DNA from: Lophium mytilinum
Taxonomy: Eukaryota
Direction of reading: 5' to 3'
Assembly (NCBI GenBank): GCA_010093605.1
Contig: MU004192.1
Coordinates: 1,755,464-1,819,463 of the forward strand
DNA length: 64,000 bases
Under the pieces are notes generated by a model. That model had not been told where the DNA came from. It worked only from the letters and a program-made list of their open reading frames with translations, and did no database searches. Position 1 is the first letter of the stretch, and each line of letters opens with the position of its first letter. Both the position numbers and the translations under genes were made by a program. Positions 27,634-39,359 of this stretch are shown here, in pieces.

Positions 27634-28815
27634 ATGCCTCCCAAAAAAATGACCGCGAACCCAATCCGCGGCCCCATCTACCGCGCCGGCAAAGCCCCCG
27701 CAGGCCAACCCGACTCCTCCGCCTCCGAAGACGAACCAGAAGAAGAAGAAGAAGCACCCGCACCCAAACCCGCGCCTCCCAAAGCCGCATCCTTCCGCCC
27801 AAAACCCAAGCCCGCGACCGCAGCGCCAGCCGCCCCCTCACCCCAAGACTTCGCCGCAGGCTTCGAGACCGCGAGCGAAGATGAATCCGGCTCGGAAAAA
27901 GAGGACGGGTCAGGCAGCTCAGAAGAGTCATCTAGCGAGGAAGAAGAAAGCTCAGAGGAAGAGGCAGCGCCCCGGAAACTAGTGCGCCCCGTCTTCGTGA
28001 AAAAGGGCGCGCGTGTCACCTCCGCAACCCCGGCGAAGTCATACGAGGAGCTCGAGGCCGAGGCCGAGGCGCGGCGGAGAGCAGCGGCAGATGCGATGCT
28101 GCAGGAGCAGCTCGAGCTCGCGGCTGCGGAGAAGGCGAATCGGAAGAAGCACTGGGACGAGGAGGACAACATCGATGAGGCGGAGTTTGTGGACGACGCG
28201 GATGCGGTGACGCCTGAGAGTGCGGCGGCGGAGCTGGCGGCGTGGAAACTGAGGGAGCTGCGGCGGGTGAAAAGGGAACGGGCGGCGATTGAAGAGGCAG
28301 AGGCGGACCGCGCTGAGGTCGAGAGGCGGCGGAACCTCTCTGCTGCGGAGAGGGAAGCCGAGGATCGTGAGTTCTTAAGGAAGCAGGAGGACGAGAAAGG
28401 GGAGAGGGGAACGATGGCACACATGCAGAAGTACCATCACAAGGGCGCGTTTTACCAGGACGACCTCAAAGCCCATGGGGTCGATCGCCGGGATCTCATG
28501 GGTGCCAAGTTTGAGGATGCGACGAATCGCGAGATACTGCCGGAGTACATGCAAATGAGGGATATGACGAAACTGGGTAGGAAGAGTCGGACAAAGTATC
28601 GCGATATGAAGAGCGAGGATACGGGGCGGTGGGGGGATTTTGAGAAAAGGGGGCCTGGGAAGGATTATGGGGTTGATGAGAGATTTAGGCCTGATGGGCC
28701 CGAGGGAAGGGGTCCGTCTGTGACGGGTGCGAATTCGGGTCCACTTGGAGAGAGGAAGAGGCCGGGGCAAGGAGAAGATAGGGAGGGGAAGAGGGCGAGG
28801 TTTGATGATCGATGA
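27634..28815 (+). CDS. MFAP1: Microfibrillar-associated protein 1 (MFAP1/Spp381-like spliceosomal B-complex protein)
   Basis: RPVFVKK, AWKLRELRRVKRER, MQKYHHKGAFY, LGRKSRTKYRDMKSEDT motifs; acidic N-terminal half. Confidence 0.9.
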   Translation: MPPKKMTANPIRGPIYRAGKAPAGQPDSSASEDEPEEEEEAPAPKPAPPKAASFRPKPKPATAAPAAPSPQDFAAGFETASEDESGSEKEDGSGSSEESSSEEEESSEEEAAPRKLVRPVFVKKGARVTSATPAKSYEELEAEAEARRRAAADAMLQEQLELAAAEKANRKKHWDEEDNIDEAEFVDDADAVTPESAAAELAAWKLRELRRVKRERAAIEEAEADRAEVERRRNLSAAEREAEDREFLRKQEDEKGERGTMAHMQKYHHKGAFYQDDLKAHGVDRRDLMGAKFEDATNREILPEYMQMRDMTKLGRKSRTKYRDMKSEDTGRWGDFEKRGPGKDYGVDERFRPDGPEGRGPSVTGANSGPLGERKRPGQGEDREGKRARFDDR

Positions 28816-29321
28816 GAACACCATCGCGACGGCACGTCAGAGATTGTGGTATCAAGCATTGAGATGCAGGGACATTCTTTGGATTTAGCATGGCGTTTGA
28901 CCTTGATGGGAGCATTTCACGGCGTTTGCATACTCTTCTTTCGCGGAATTTTTGCCCCAGTTTACAGTGCTGGCGTAGATGAAAAGGGATTCGGAATCGG
29001 GCACTGTTCAAGAACGAGCTGTCATGAATAGCTTGAGGGAGAGATCGATATCAAAGGAACGTTTTTAACTGTTCCAAAAACTCGATTCATAATCTGTTGT
29101 ACAGTGCGAGCTCGCCGACCTTACTCAGGCTGCTTCGTCCTAAAAAGATATGCACTCACCAAGTACCTAATAGCCTTTTGAGCAGCTCTGAGACTGATGC
29201 CTGCTGACACCAAAATATCATCCAATCCTTCGTTCTCGTCTTGAGTGCCGACACTCCCATCCCCAGAAGCAGTCCTCCTGTATGTTCATTGTCATCGTTT
29301 TCTCATCCCTAAGCCCGCCCT

Positions 29322-30457
29322 TCAAGCCTTCACCACCTTCGGATCCGCGCTCTGCCGACTCAACAACCACATAAACACCAACTGCACCACATAGCTATAC
29401 ACAAACAAAAACTGCGTCCTCCTGTTCCTTTGGCTCCGCGCAACCGTATAGCTCGCCGCACTTCCCGCACCTCCTCCTTGCGCCGTATCCGGCAGGAGGA
29501 CGTACCGCAAACTCCGCAGCAAGAAAAACGCGTTTGCCAAAAACACGTACAGGAACACTGTCCAGCCAACCCAACCCCCGGTTCCTCCCCCGCCGGTACC
29601 AAACGCGGTGCGGTTGAGAATTTCGGAAAGTAGTAGCGTGACAATGATACCGACAAATTTGTAGCCAGAGTAAGCGACGAGGTCGAGCAGCTGGGACTCG
29701 GACGAGATGGAGAGGAGGTAGGTGCCTAGTTTCAGGCCTAGGATCTCGAAGATGACGACTGCGAAGGCGGTGGTGGCAGTAATGCCGAGGAGTTCAGGGT
29801 GGAAGGCCCCACGAACACCGGCGAGAAGGGTGGAAAGAACAATGTAGGTTACGAAGGCCATTACTGCGATCTTGTTAGCACTAAAACTCAATGCGCCCAT
29901 CAACTCTGCAAGAGAACCCCGAAGCTTCAAAAGTAGAATTGAGGGGGGAAAGAGCACCTACTCGGAATGTACATGTCCGGGGAATTGATGTCCTCCCTCG
30001 GTGGCAGATAAAACCCATCCTGCCCATTATTCGCCAACCTCTGCTGCCTGCTCCATGGTCGATGCCACCACGGAAACAGCACAATATAGAGTTTGCTCGC
30101 CACATAGCTATTACTGACGTTGAAGTAGTGCTTCAGCGCTGAAACGTTGACGTAGCGGCTGAAGTTCTGTTCCATGTACTCCTGGCCGGCCATGACGGCC
30201 GATTTTCCGACCTGGAAGCCCATTTGCGCCGTGGGATCGTTGATGAAGCCAGCGCCAAAGTTTTGATGCATGTAGCCCGGCTGCTGCTGGCCACCGGGCT
30301 GCTGCTGGCCTTGCTGGGGGTAGCCATAGCCTTGCGAGGAGGTCGAGGGCGGCGGTGGTGAGCGGAGTTGGGGGACGGTGGAGACGTGTTGAGGAACGGG
30401 GTGGTGGAGCGGGGGCGAGTGCGCGGGGGCAGGGTTGGAGTATGCTGGTCGTTGCAT
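29322..30457 (-). CDS. YIF1: ER-Golgi transport protein Yif1/Hrf1 (intron 29961-29864)
   Basis: LKHYFNVSNSYVASKLYIVLFPW, PREDINSPDMYIP|IMAFVTY, LLDLVAYSGYKFVG, FFLLRSL. Confidence 0.93.
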
Positions 30458-30797
30458 TGTGGAAGCGTTGAAATGTGAGGTCCAAATTGAAGGTGAGTCG
30501 TAAGAACGACAGGTGTTTCGTGAGGTTTACGTGGTATTGATTTCCCGCCAAGATATATTCGGCGGCCTGTTCTTCCAGGCCGAGCGGAACTTGCCGATCC
30601 CCGCGGACTTTCTTTCGTCTCGTACTTTGGATATCTAAGCAGCATTCACCATTTTTCCCGCCTCATGGAGAACTACTCTACACGACTTCCTCTCTACCTC
30701 AACACTGGTTGAATCATATAATCCATACTCACACCCTCATCGCCACCCCGATCGCCACTCTTCAAGCCGTTCCTTCCATCCCACGACTCACCCCACC

Positions 30798-31820
30798 ATG
30801 GCGCCCTCACTCGAAGTCGAAGAGCCTCTCCCCGATCCCATAGACTTCTCCGCCCCTCTCAAACAAGCCCCAAAGCTTGTCGCGCCAGAGCCAGAGCACT
30901 GCCCCGGTCCCGAATCCAACCTCGCCGGCACCGCCGACTCGTGCGCCGGCTGCCCGAACCAAGCCATTTGCGCCTCCGCGCCGAAAGGCCCCGACCCGGA
31001 CATTCCCCTTATAACCGCACGCCTCGCCGATGTAAAACACAAGATCCTCGTCCTCTCCGGTAAAGGCGGCGTCGGCAAATCCACCTTCTCTACTATGCTC
31101 GCGCATGGGTTTGCCGGGTTAGACGGACTCGAGAACCCGGTGGGCTTGATGGACACGGATATCTGTGGACCGTCGATACCAAAGATGATGGGGGTCGAGG
31201 ACGAGAGTATCCATGTCAGCGCAGCGGGGTGGAGCCCGGTGTGGGTAACGAATAATCTGGCGGTCATGAGCGTGCAGTTTATGCTGCCGAATCGGGATGA
31301 CGCGGTTATTTGGCGGGGGCCGAAGAAGAACGGTCTGATCAAGACGTTCCTGAAGGACGTGGAATGGGGAGAGCTGGATTACTTGGTCGTGGACACCCCT
31401 CCTGGAACCTCCGACGAGCATCTCAGCGTGAACTCGTATCTGAAGGAGGCGGGCGTGGATGGGGCGGTGTTGGTGACGACGCCGCAGGAGGTCAGTCTGC
31501 TGGATGTGCGACGCGAGGTAGATTTCTGTCGAAAGGCGGGGATTCGAATACTGGGGATAGTGGAGAACATGAGCGGGTTTGTATGCCCGAACAAGAAGTG
31601 CGGGTATGTGAGCCAGATCTTCAGGGCGAGTACGGGGGGTGCGAAGAGGCTGGCTGAGGATGAAGGGATCCCGTACTTGGGAGCTGTGCCGCTCGACCCG
31701 ATGATCGGAATGGCCTGCGACTTTGGCGAGAGCTTTCTAGATGCGTATCCGGACAGTCCGGCGTCTAAGGCGATAAGGCAGGTTGTGGAAAGGGTGGTCA
31801 AGACGGTAGGCGGATCATAA
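30798..31820 (+). CDS. NBP35: Cytosolic Fe-S cluster assembly P-loop NTPase Nbp35
   Basis: N-terminal four-Cys motif [57 protein letters not shown]. Confidence 0.96.
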   Translation: MAPSLEVEEPLPDPIDFSAPLKQAPKLVAPEPEHCPGPESNLAGTADSCAGCPNQAICASAPKGPDPDIPLITARLADVKHKILVLSGKGGVGKSTFSTMLAHGFAGLDGLENPVGLMDTDICGPSIPKMMGVEDESIHVSAAGWSPVWVTNNLAVMSVQFMLPNRDDAVIWRGPKKNGLIKTFLKDVEWGELDYLVVDTPPGTSDEHLSVNSYLKEAGVDGAVLVTTPQEVSLLDVRREVDFCRKAGIRILGIVENMSGFVCPNKKCGYVSQIFRASTGGAKRLAEDEGIPYLGAVPLDPMIGMACDFGESFLDAYPDSPASKAIRQVVERVVKTVGGS

Positions 31821-32686
31821 TTGAGCGTCAGAAATCACGATGGTGCGCGGGATGTGCTGGGAGTCTTGGTATTGCATTTGAGGGTTACGCGTAGGCGAAA
31901 GCATTGGGAGGCGTTCTTCGATCTTCGAGCACAATAAGAAACTCATAACCTCATGATAGAATTTTAGAGAAGATGAAGCTACGTTCAAGGACATTATCAT
32001 ATTACGTTATACATCTATTCAAGAACAGTGATCGTTGCTCTCGAGTAGCGATATGATAGTGTCTCAAGTCATCCTTGAAGATCCAACCTAGGTTGACTCA
32101 CAGTATGCTAAATCCAGCTAGACCTGTCTCAAATCTTGGTCCTTGGTGACAAAATCTTGCTTTCCTCACACAAGTTAGCAGGCTACTCTCATCAACATCT
32201 CAAGATGCGAAAAGAGGAAGAGAGGTCCCGGAGTCAGACAATACCGAATTATTCTCAAGGGTAATCGATTCTCGAATACATTAAAATAGATCGCATCATA
32301 AAGGGTTGAACAAAGTAGCGAAAGATTGCGAAGAGCACGTACCTTAGTTAGTTTCCATGACTTTATAAGACCTAGTGGGTGCTCGTGCTTGAAGGAGAGT
32401 ACCTTTATTAGTAAGGCATCGACTTCAGCAGGATAAGAAATCTTATTAATTTCCCGTTTCGGCGAACCGTGGCAGCGGTCGTACGCCATTGCTCGGGGTG
32501 GAGCGGGTATCGTTCGTGATCGTTTAGTCGTAAATCGTTATCGCTAGAGGAACTGGAAGGCGTGGTAGATCGGGAATAGAGAGTAGAAGTGAAAGAGAGA
32601 GCGAAAAGAAAAGGGTTGAGAACAGAACGCGAAGGTAGGAAAACCAAAAGACTGAAGTCCTGCACAGCAAATCTTCGACCAAAGCT

Positions 32687-34780
32687 TCAAGCAAGATGGA
32701 TATACTTTAGAGTTGACTTGCAACCTCGCCAGGCAGAAACATGCATCTGTCCCAGTGCAAGGCGTTCCGAGTAGCCATCCGTAGATTCCACTAGCATTAC
32801 GTTGCAAATACAGAATCCGTCTTGATTGAAATGCTGAGCTGAAAATATGGGAGCCTTGGATGCGCCATCAGTTGATTGGAGCTGTGGAATATGTTGCGTT
32901 TCCGATAGCAAGATCAGCTCGCACTTCTTGAGTCGCCATGCAGAAATGTCGGCACGATCCACGCCGTAAATGACGCCGCAGTAACGATTATCACGATCTT
33001 GGATAGTAACAATCGGTTGCGCTACCGTCTTGAAGGCAGATTTCCGGAGAGGTGTATGACTTGTGAAGAAGGTGTCGTATGAAAACTCACTCGCGGCTGC
33101 GACAGAGCCCCAAATGTGTAGCACGTTCAGCCTACTGCTAGGGCCCTGACTGAAGCCGCCTTGGGGACGTGAGAGACCCCTTACATGTCCTATCACTTGA
33201 TCAACTTCGGTAGATACTCCGGCAATCTCAGCAGCAATTAGAATGATGTGTGATCGCAGTTTGCCCTTGTGTTCGTGAGTCGGCAAAATTTCGTAATCGA
33301 CAATGCCCTCCCAGCCTATCCAAGACCAGCTAGGGAAATCATGAGAAACTCTCGTGGTACTCTTGTCAGTCTCAGCTACGTAACGCCGCAGTGCTTTTCC
33401 GGCTGGAACCCACAGGAGGGAAAGACTAAGGATGGGAGCCGGAAGACCACAAACGAACTGCCAGCCAGTCAATGACTTTAGTGACTCCAGAATGCCAGTG
33501 ATCGCGTTGAGAATGTCATGCGTGAAAGAGAGAGATTTAGACGTGTATTCCGTGATGATGCGCGAATACGTGGGGAATATCTCCCTGTAGCTTGTGAAGG
33601 TACTGAAGTCACTAAGAGTCGGTAGAGGACTCAGTAACTTCAAGTCCTCGAGAACATATCCCCCGATGGATCCAGACGCTGCGTTCAAGCTCTCATTTCG
33701 ATCCTCGCACCAGATGTTGAATTTGCACTGGAAGTACACTTGCTGGTTGGCAAAGAACAGGCATCTTCTCGACAGGAGTCTTTCTTGAAACGTCCATCCA
33801 CGCTTGTTGTAGTGCGATCTGAATATTAGTTTAGACAGCCTAGGCGGTCTCCGAGCAACACGAAATCCGGCGCTGTTGCCGATGGTGTCCAGAACTCTGG
33901 TGTAGGGTCGAACACCTGGAAGGCCAGCACTGGCGTTCACTCCAGCGAGTGCGCAAATTGTCAGATAAGCATTGGCATAGATCTCTGACATGCGAGTAAT
34001 CAAGTCGTGCTTCGCTGTGGCATCGTCCTGCGTGATACTCAAGGAATCAACCCACAGGTAGCGCTCGCCGAGCTCGTATACAACCGTCATCGCATCTTTG
34101 ATTACTTGTGGTAGGGCATCGGATAGACGCGATAGTGATTGATCTTCCGTGAGTGTTGCGATGTTGTTCGTAGTAAGCGCTAGTTGCGATACTCTACCCC
34201 ATACATAACTTAAAGCAAAATACCGCAGGCCGACCTGAGTAGGGTCCACTCGAGTGATACATTGGCGACGGACATCAATGACCATGAGCTTGAAATTTTT
34301 CGGCCATTTGGTTTCAGAGGCAATCCCACAACAGCCGTGAAGCTGGCTCTCATCACACTGCTCAGTCCAAGACCGGACTAGAGTCATGTTGATTTGGGCT
34401 TCCGGAACTATGCGAACTTCTCTAGAAGTCAGGGCCCCGGCGGCAGCTGATCCATTACTTGGCGATCCATTCACAGAATAAACGATGACATTGTTAACGC
34501 CAACTGTGTCTTGTGGCGAGTGACGTGGAGATGAACTTCTTGATGACGGAGAACGACATGCTTCTATGAGGGTATTGCAAAGCCGGCAAAAGACCTCTTC
34601 CTTGGACGAATGCAACTGTCCTGCCGCCACGGGACTACTGTATTTCGCTTCATCATCCACTTCGGAACATGAGGTACAGAATGAGGAGGTGGTTTCCAGG
34701 GAGGAATCTTCAGAAGACGAATCCGAGTCTGGCGAGGGTAGCGGCGCTTGCTTCATCTGCTGAGGTGAAAGAAGAACCAT
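32687..34780 (-). CDS. Heterokaryon incompatibility (HET, PF06985-type) domain protein
   Basis: YFALSYVWG, RYLWVDSLSITQDD, MSEIYANAYLTI, RGWTFQERLLSRRCL, FPSWSWIGW; intronless 697 aa. Confidence 0.9.
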   Translation of the reverse strand: MVLLSPQQMKQAPLPSPDSDSSSEDSSLETTSSFCTSCSEVDDEAKYSSPVAAGQLHSSKEEVFCRLCNTLIEACRSPSSRSSSPRHSPQDTVGVNNVIVYSVNGSPSNGSAAAGALTSREVRIVPEAQINMTLVRSWTEQCDESQLHGCCGIASETKWPKNFKLMVIDVRRQCITRVDPTQVGLRYFALSYVWGRVSQLALTTNNIATLTEDQSLSRLSDALPQVIKDAMTVVYELGERYLWVDSLSITQDDATAKHDLITRMSEIYANAYLTICALAGVNASAGLPGVRPYTRVLDTIGNSAGFRVARRPPRLSKLIFRSHYNKRGWTFQERLLSRRCLFFANQQVYFQCKFNIWCEDRNESLNAASGSIGGYVLEDLKLLSPLPTLSDFSTFTSYREIFPTYSRIITEYTSKSLSFTHDILNAITGILESLKSLTGWQFVCGLPAPILSLSLLWVPAGKALRRYVAETDKSTTRVSHDFPSWSWIGWEGIVDYEILPTHEHKGKLRSHIILIAAEIAGVSTEVDQVIGHVRGLSRPQGGFSQGPSSRLNVLHIWGSVAAASEFSYDTFFTSHTPLRKSAFKTVAQPIVTIQDRDNRYCGVIYGVDRADISAWRLKKCELILLSETQHIPQLQSTDGASKAPIFSAQHFNQDGFCICNVMLVESTDGYSERLALGQMHVSAWRGCKSTLKYIHLA

Positions 34781-35000
34781 GGAAGAATTCAGGCATATAG
34801 GGAAAGAGATGATTCAAACAGTAGAGTTGAACGACGACATATAAGCCCAGGAGCCAGCCCAGGTGGTGCTTGATGGAGGTGAATGTCGAGGGGGTCGAGG
34901 ATCAGGATCAGGCTCCAGGGCTCCCATTTATCAAACCGGATCGGGCCGACTTGCCCCCGCGGCATCAAAAACCGACTTTGAGCGTCCTCTGCCCAAAACA

Positions 35001-36330
35001 ATGACCGCATCGCAGACCGCACAGCATGGCATCTTCCACGGCCATGTTGATGCCCAGAAGCTGGGAGTCACGCCAAAGAAAGGTCGTCTTGTTCCCTTGA
35101 GGACTCGGGACGAAATTCGAGCTGCCACCGAGCTATGTAAGTGTCCCTCAGTGCACATCGCTTCAGCACATATATCTAATCCTACCAGTGGATGCATATG
35201 TGGTGGAAGTACCCGCTGTTTTCGCGAGTGCAGTTCTAAAGTATGCGATCTGAATCTTTGTGCTCAAAACATCAACCGCTAATTCTCGAAGCGTTATCCG
35301 AATCGCAATACCCAACATACGAGATGTGAACATCCAGCACCTACGCCGAGTCGTCCACCTTTCGTTCCTCCCCGAACACCTCCAGCAGACCTTCATTGCG
35401 TCGGCGCAAACATGGCCCTCCCCTGAGCACCCCGACGGTGAAGCACGAGCAAGCGACCCGAATCCAACAGAGATCCGCTACCTCCTTGTCTCCCCAGCAT
35501 CCCTCATAGCGTCCCAGGACCTCGTAGCTGCGCTCGCCCGGGAACCGCCATTCTCAATCGCAAATATCGTGCCCCACGTAATCACTATACCTGTGCCAGC
35601 CCTCGCGCCCACATCAGCCGAGGAGGCGCAGCAATGGAGCGAAAAATACTGGTCTATCTCGTACAAGAACACGAATCCATACGGGCCACATCCAAGCCTT
35701 CTTGAGAGGAACCAAGCGGGCATTGAGCCATATGCTGGTACATGGCTTGCACTGGCCAAGGTGGCAGGCGGACAAATGAGTGGACGAGGCATTGGGGCCA
35801 ACGTTGGTTGTGCCATTGTGCACAAGGAGCGCAAAGAGCACAGAGTCATCGCAGTGGCTGGAGACGCACGCTGGCGTGGTACCGGCGATTCAAAACCCTG
35901 CAGAGAAGAGCCAGGAAATGTCATGGCTCATGCCGCGATGAGAGCGATTGGCATGGTCGCCCGGAAACGGGTTCGGCTCGAACAATCACTTGATGAACTA
36001 ACATCAGATGCCGCGGGACAAATTGCCTGCGATGTACCGTTGTCTCCAGTAGAGAATTCGTTCTTCTCCGTGGACAACTTACCATCTACTGGATACTTGT
36101 GCTTAGATCTTGACATCTACTTGACACATGAACCTTGCGTCATGTGCTCGATGGCGATTCTGCATTCTCGATTCCGGCGATGCGTTTTTGAGAATGCTGT
36201 CAAGGCTACTGGGGGCCTGATGACTTCCAAAGAGAGCCCGTCTGTCGAGAATGGGCTCGGTTACGGCATCTTTTGGAGGCCCGCAGAGTTGAATTGGAAA
36301 TTTCTAGCTTGGCATTGGGAAAATGAATGA
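35001..36330 (+). CDS. TAD3: tRNA-specific adenosine-34 deaminase non-catalytic subunit Tad3 (spliced)
   Basis: HAAMRAI (catalytic Glu absent, as expected for Tad3), GYLCLDLDIYLTHEPCVMCSMAILHSR, WSEKYW..Y, LNWKF. Confidence 0.9.
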
Positions 36331-36622
36331 CTCCAAGTTCCACTTACTAAGTCCCATCCTTTGAATTTCTCAATGTATTCCAGAACTACCGTGGGAAGCT
36401 ATGTTCTCTCACCATAGTATTGCATTTCGCTGGTCGAAATGATTGAGACCACGCTGCACTTTGTCATGTTTTCAAATAGTTCCATACTCACATCCGGTAG
36501 GCAACGGTTGACCTTGTCACTCCAATTCAACCTCCTCATACCAACCTCTATCATTACAGAAAAAGAGGAGCAATGAGCGAATCACATGGCACGGGCAGAG
36601 CAAAGCAAGCAGATATGCACGC

Positions 36623-36808
36623 TCCCAGCGCCGCGATTCGAACGCGTGTTTCTCCCGCCCCACGCCTGGGTATGCGTTCGGGTTGGAAGCTCACCCAGCA
36701 GGCCTGTAGAAACAGCAAGGAAGCCTCGAGTCTCTTCATTACCGCCAGTTGAAGACCCAGGCACCCCAGCTGAAGGAGAGTGCGTTATTACCACTGAACT
36801 ACGCTAGA
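36623..36808 (-). tRNA. Intron-containing tRNA-like gene, apparent anticodon TCA (identity uncertain; possibly a pseudogene)
   Basis: Minus strand: acceptor TCTAGCG/CGCTGGG+A; A-box TAGTTCAGTGG; anticodon stem CTCTC/GGGAG with loop CT-TCA-G|112-nt intron (36769-36658)|C; B-box GTTCGAATC; T5 run ~60 nt downstream. Two extra nt before the anticodon stem and one T-stem mismatch. Confidence 0.65.
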
Positions 36809-37744
36809 CTGTATTTCAGAGCATTGCGAATTCAACTAAGGATAAGGGTATGTAGAGCCTGCCCCAAGATGGAATCACGAGACCTCGTGATAGGAAAAAA
36901 TGATCTTGCGAAGCATGGAACGTATACGAAGCATGAAGCTTTTACCAAGCATGAAGCGTGTATGAAGCGAAATCAATCTTTTCAGAGCCGCCAATGGAAC
37001 CGCGACTCTCAGCCATTTCCTCCCAGCACCGGCACCGGCAGTCTTCAAACTATTCACAACGTCATTCCAACGAACCCACCGCTGCAACTGCCGAGGCATA
37101 AGGCGGATGCAAAACTATGCCTAATTGCGCTTGTGGATTTGGGAAGTATAGGAAAGATATGAGGTTGTAGCGTTTCCAGAGCTTGGCTTGCATACTCGAG
37201 CATGGAAAGCTGTCAGAGGAGGATGTTTGGACAATGAACGTTGAAAGGTGTCAACCCTCCGCCAAGATTTCGCATTTTGCTTGCCCGAACTCCATATTGG
37301 CTGAGTTTCTATGCATGTAAAAGTTCCTTTGCAGAGAAGATACTGAAGCTGTCCCGCTTACTAGAAGTCAAGAGTTGAAACCCGACTTCCCGCAGATGCC
37401 CAAGAATGATATCGATGTCTCAAGGCAAGTTCGAGAATAATATGCGTCGAGCCCGCGCCTTCTCTCTCTCCTCCCCACCACCGTATGAGCAACTGGACCC
37501 ACTACGGCACCTAATTCACACGCGACCTCCTCACCACACCGTTCTTCCAACAGAGTCTTCATAATCATCACTAACAGCGCCGCTGCGATCTAGCGCCGCC
37601 ACGATCGCAATGACCTCAACCAGCATCGTGGCTAAGAATACTCATCTCGATTCGCAACCACTTTGAACCTCCTTAGTGACATCTTCGACGTTTCAAAAAG
37701 ATGTTTAGGCTGTTCTAATCTGGATATATGGTCCATGAGAGAGA

Positions 37745-38629
37745 TCAGAAGCTTTCCACAAAAGCGGTAATAGCAGATGCCATGGTCTCGGGTGCTTCTA
37801 GCGGGACCAAGTGCCCCACTCCAGTCATGCGATCCATCTTCACATCCGCACCCGTATTCCTCAACGCCACTGCAACCCTACTCTCCACATTCCCAGGCTC
37901 CTCGACGCGATCCAGCTCGCCAACGATAACCAAAACCTTCAGCTGACCCCTTCCGCGCTGATACTGCTCCACGCTTTCAACTACCGCTCGTTCATAATCC
38001 TCGGCCATGCCATACTCCGGCCACGCCGCTCGTGCTCCCGGACTCCCAGCTACCATACCCTCAGCCAACTCTTTCTTCGCCGCCTTACTCACACTCTCGG
38101 CCTTGCCAAGCAGCACATTCTCCACCACAAACGAGGCCGACTCAATACTATCGTAAGCGTGTATCTGCTGCTCCCGCATATCGTCCGGTAATGCGAATCT
38201 CCCCGCCGGCGCGGGTGCAATGAGAACCAATCCTCTTACAAGCGGCGCTACTTCTTTATAGCTCAGAAGGACCTGCGCGAGTTTGCCGCCCATGGAGTGT
38301 CCGGCTATGACAATGCCGTTCGCTAAGAGGGTGGGATGCTCCATTTGGAGATGTAAGAGGAGGGCGACGATGTCAGCTGCGTAGTCGGTGATGCGGTAGG
38401 CGGTTGCGTCGGCGGGCGCACTAGACGTGCCCCAGCCGCGAAGAGAGGGCGCAATGATAGGGTAGCGGGCTTGCAGAAGGCTGATCGAGGGTTGGTAGAT
38501 GCGGTTAGAGCCGCCCCAAAAGTGGAGGAGGAGGAGGGCGGGTCGGTCAGAAGATTGACTGGGAGCGGAGAGTAGGGTGTGGAGCGTTATGGAGGGTGAG
38601 ATGGGGATCGGAAATTCTTCAGATGACAT
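37745..38629 (-). CDS. Alpha/beta hydrolase (Abhydrolase_1/6-like)
   Basis: LLHFWGGS oxyanion region, SLRGWG, GHSMGG nucleophile elbow, VGELD and GVGHL catalytic Asp/His; likely start MSSEEF. Confidence 0.88.
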   Translation of the reverse strand: MSSEEFPIPISPSITLHTLLSAPSQSSDRPALLLLHFWGGSNRIYQPSISLLQARYPIIAPSLRGWGTSSAPADATAYRITDYAADIVALLLHLQMEHPTLLANGIVIAGHSMGGKLAQVLLSYKEVAPLVRGLVLIAPAPAGRFALPDDMREQQIHAYDSIESASFVVENVLLGKAESVSKAAKKELAEGMVAGSPGARAAWPEYGMAEDYERAVVESVEQYQRGRGQLKVLVIVGELDRVEEPGNVESRVAVALRNTGADVKMDRMTGVGHLVPLEAPETMASAITAFVESF

Positions 38630-39359
38630 TTTTGAATTTACTTTTGCCAAGGAAAGTGGATGAGAGTTAAGAGATGGTGGAGTGGAGCCCTTTTTGAGAT
38701 GGATTGTGATGTCGCGAGTATAGAACGGGGTACGGTGGAAGACGACTGTTGGCAGCGGTAGAAAATATATATTTGGTCCCCACGCAATGATTTGAGTTCT
38801 TTGATAATGATTTGAATTATTTCTGCACACTGATCCCAACTTAGCTAGGTAACCTCCCCCCGACGTAGGAATACCCTGTTGCACCGGATATGCTTGGACT
38901 GATCATCTTTTCGAGTCCTGATGGGCTTCTGTTGATGGATCGCAGCCTCGTGAAGTCTCAAGAGCGATGTGGTGGTGCGGGGGGAGATTCTGAAATATAC
39001 GCCTACTAGTCCTGAAAGTGCGTCCTCTTGCCTCTACAACTCTGACTTCCGAGCATCTCGGCCTCCTTGACCAACCCTTCTAGCAAGTAGACTTTGGGCC
39101 GTGGCTCGGCTATGCCCATGTATATCTGTCGTGGCCCTTGGCTATGCGTGAAGCCTAGCCTCTCCTTAGAAGGTGGTCCTCTGCTGAACCCATTGTTTCC
39201 GCGTCAGCACCAGGAAGAATGACGTCGAAAGGATGTGCTGACTCACACCATATTTTGGGCTACGGGTATTATTCATCTGTTTTGACTCAGCGCAACCGAC
39301 ATCCACCATTGAAGTGCATCTACGACTTCAAGTAACCGACATTCTCTAGAGCATCGACA

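Noticed and set aside
27678..28824. Long minus-strand Ser/Ala/Pro-rich ORFs
   Set aside because: Antisense shadows of the GC-rich MFAP1 gene.
36623..36808. Call as selenocysteine tRNA
   Set aside because: It lacks the long variable arm and extended acceptor/T stems of tRNA-Sec and contains an intron.
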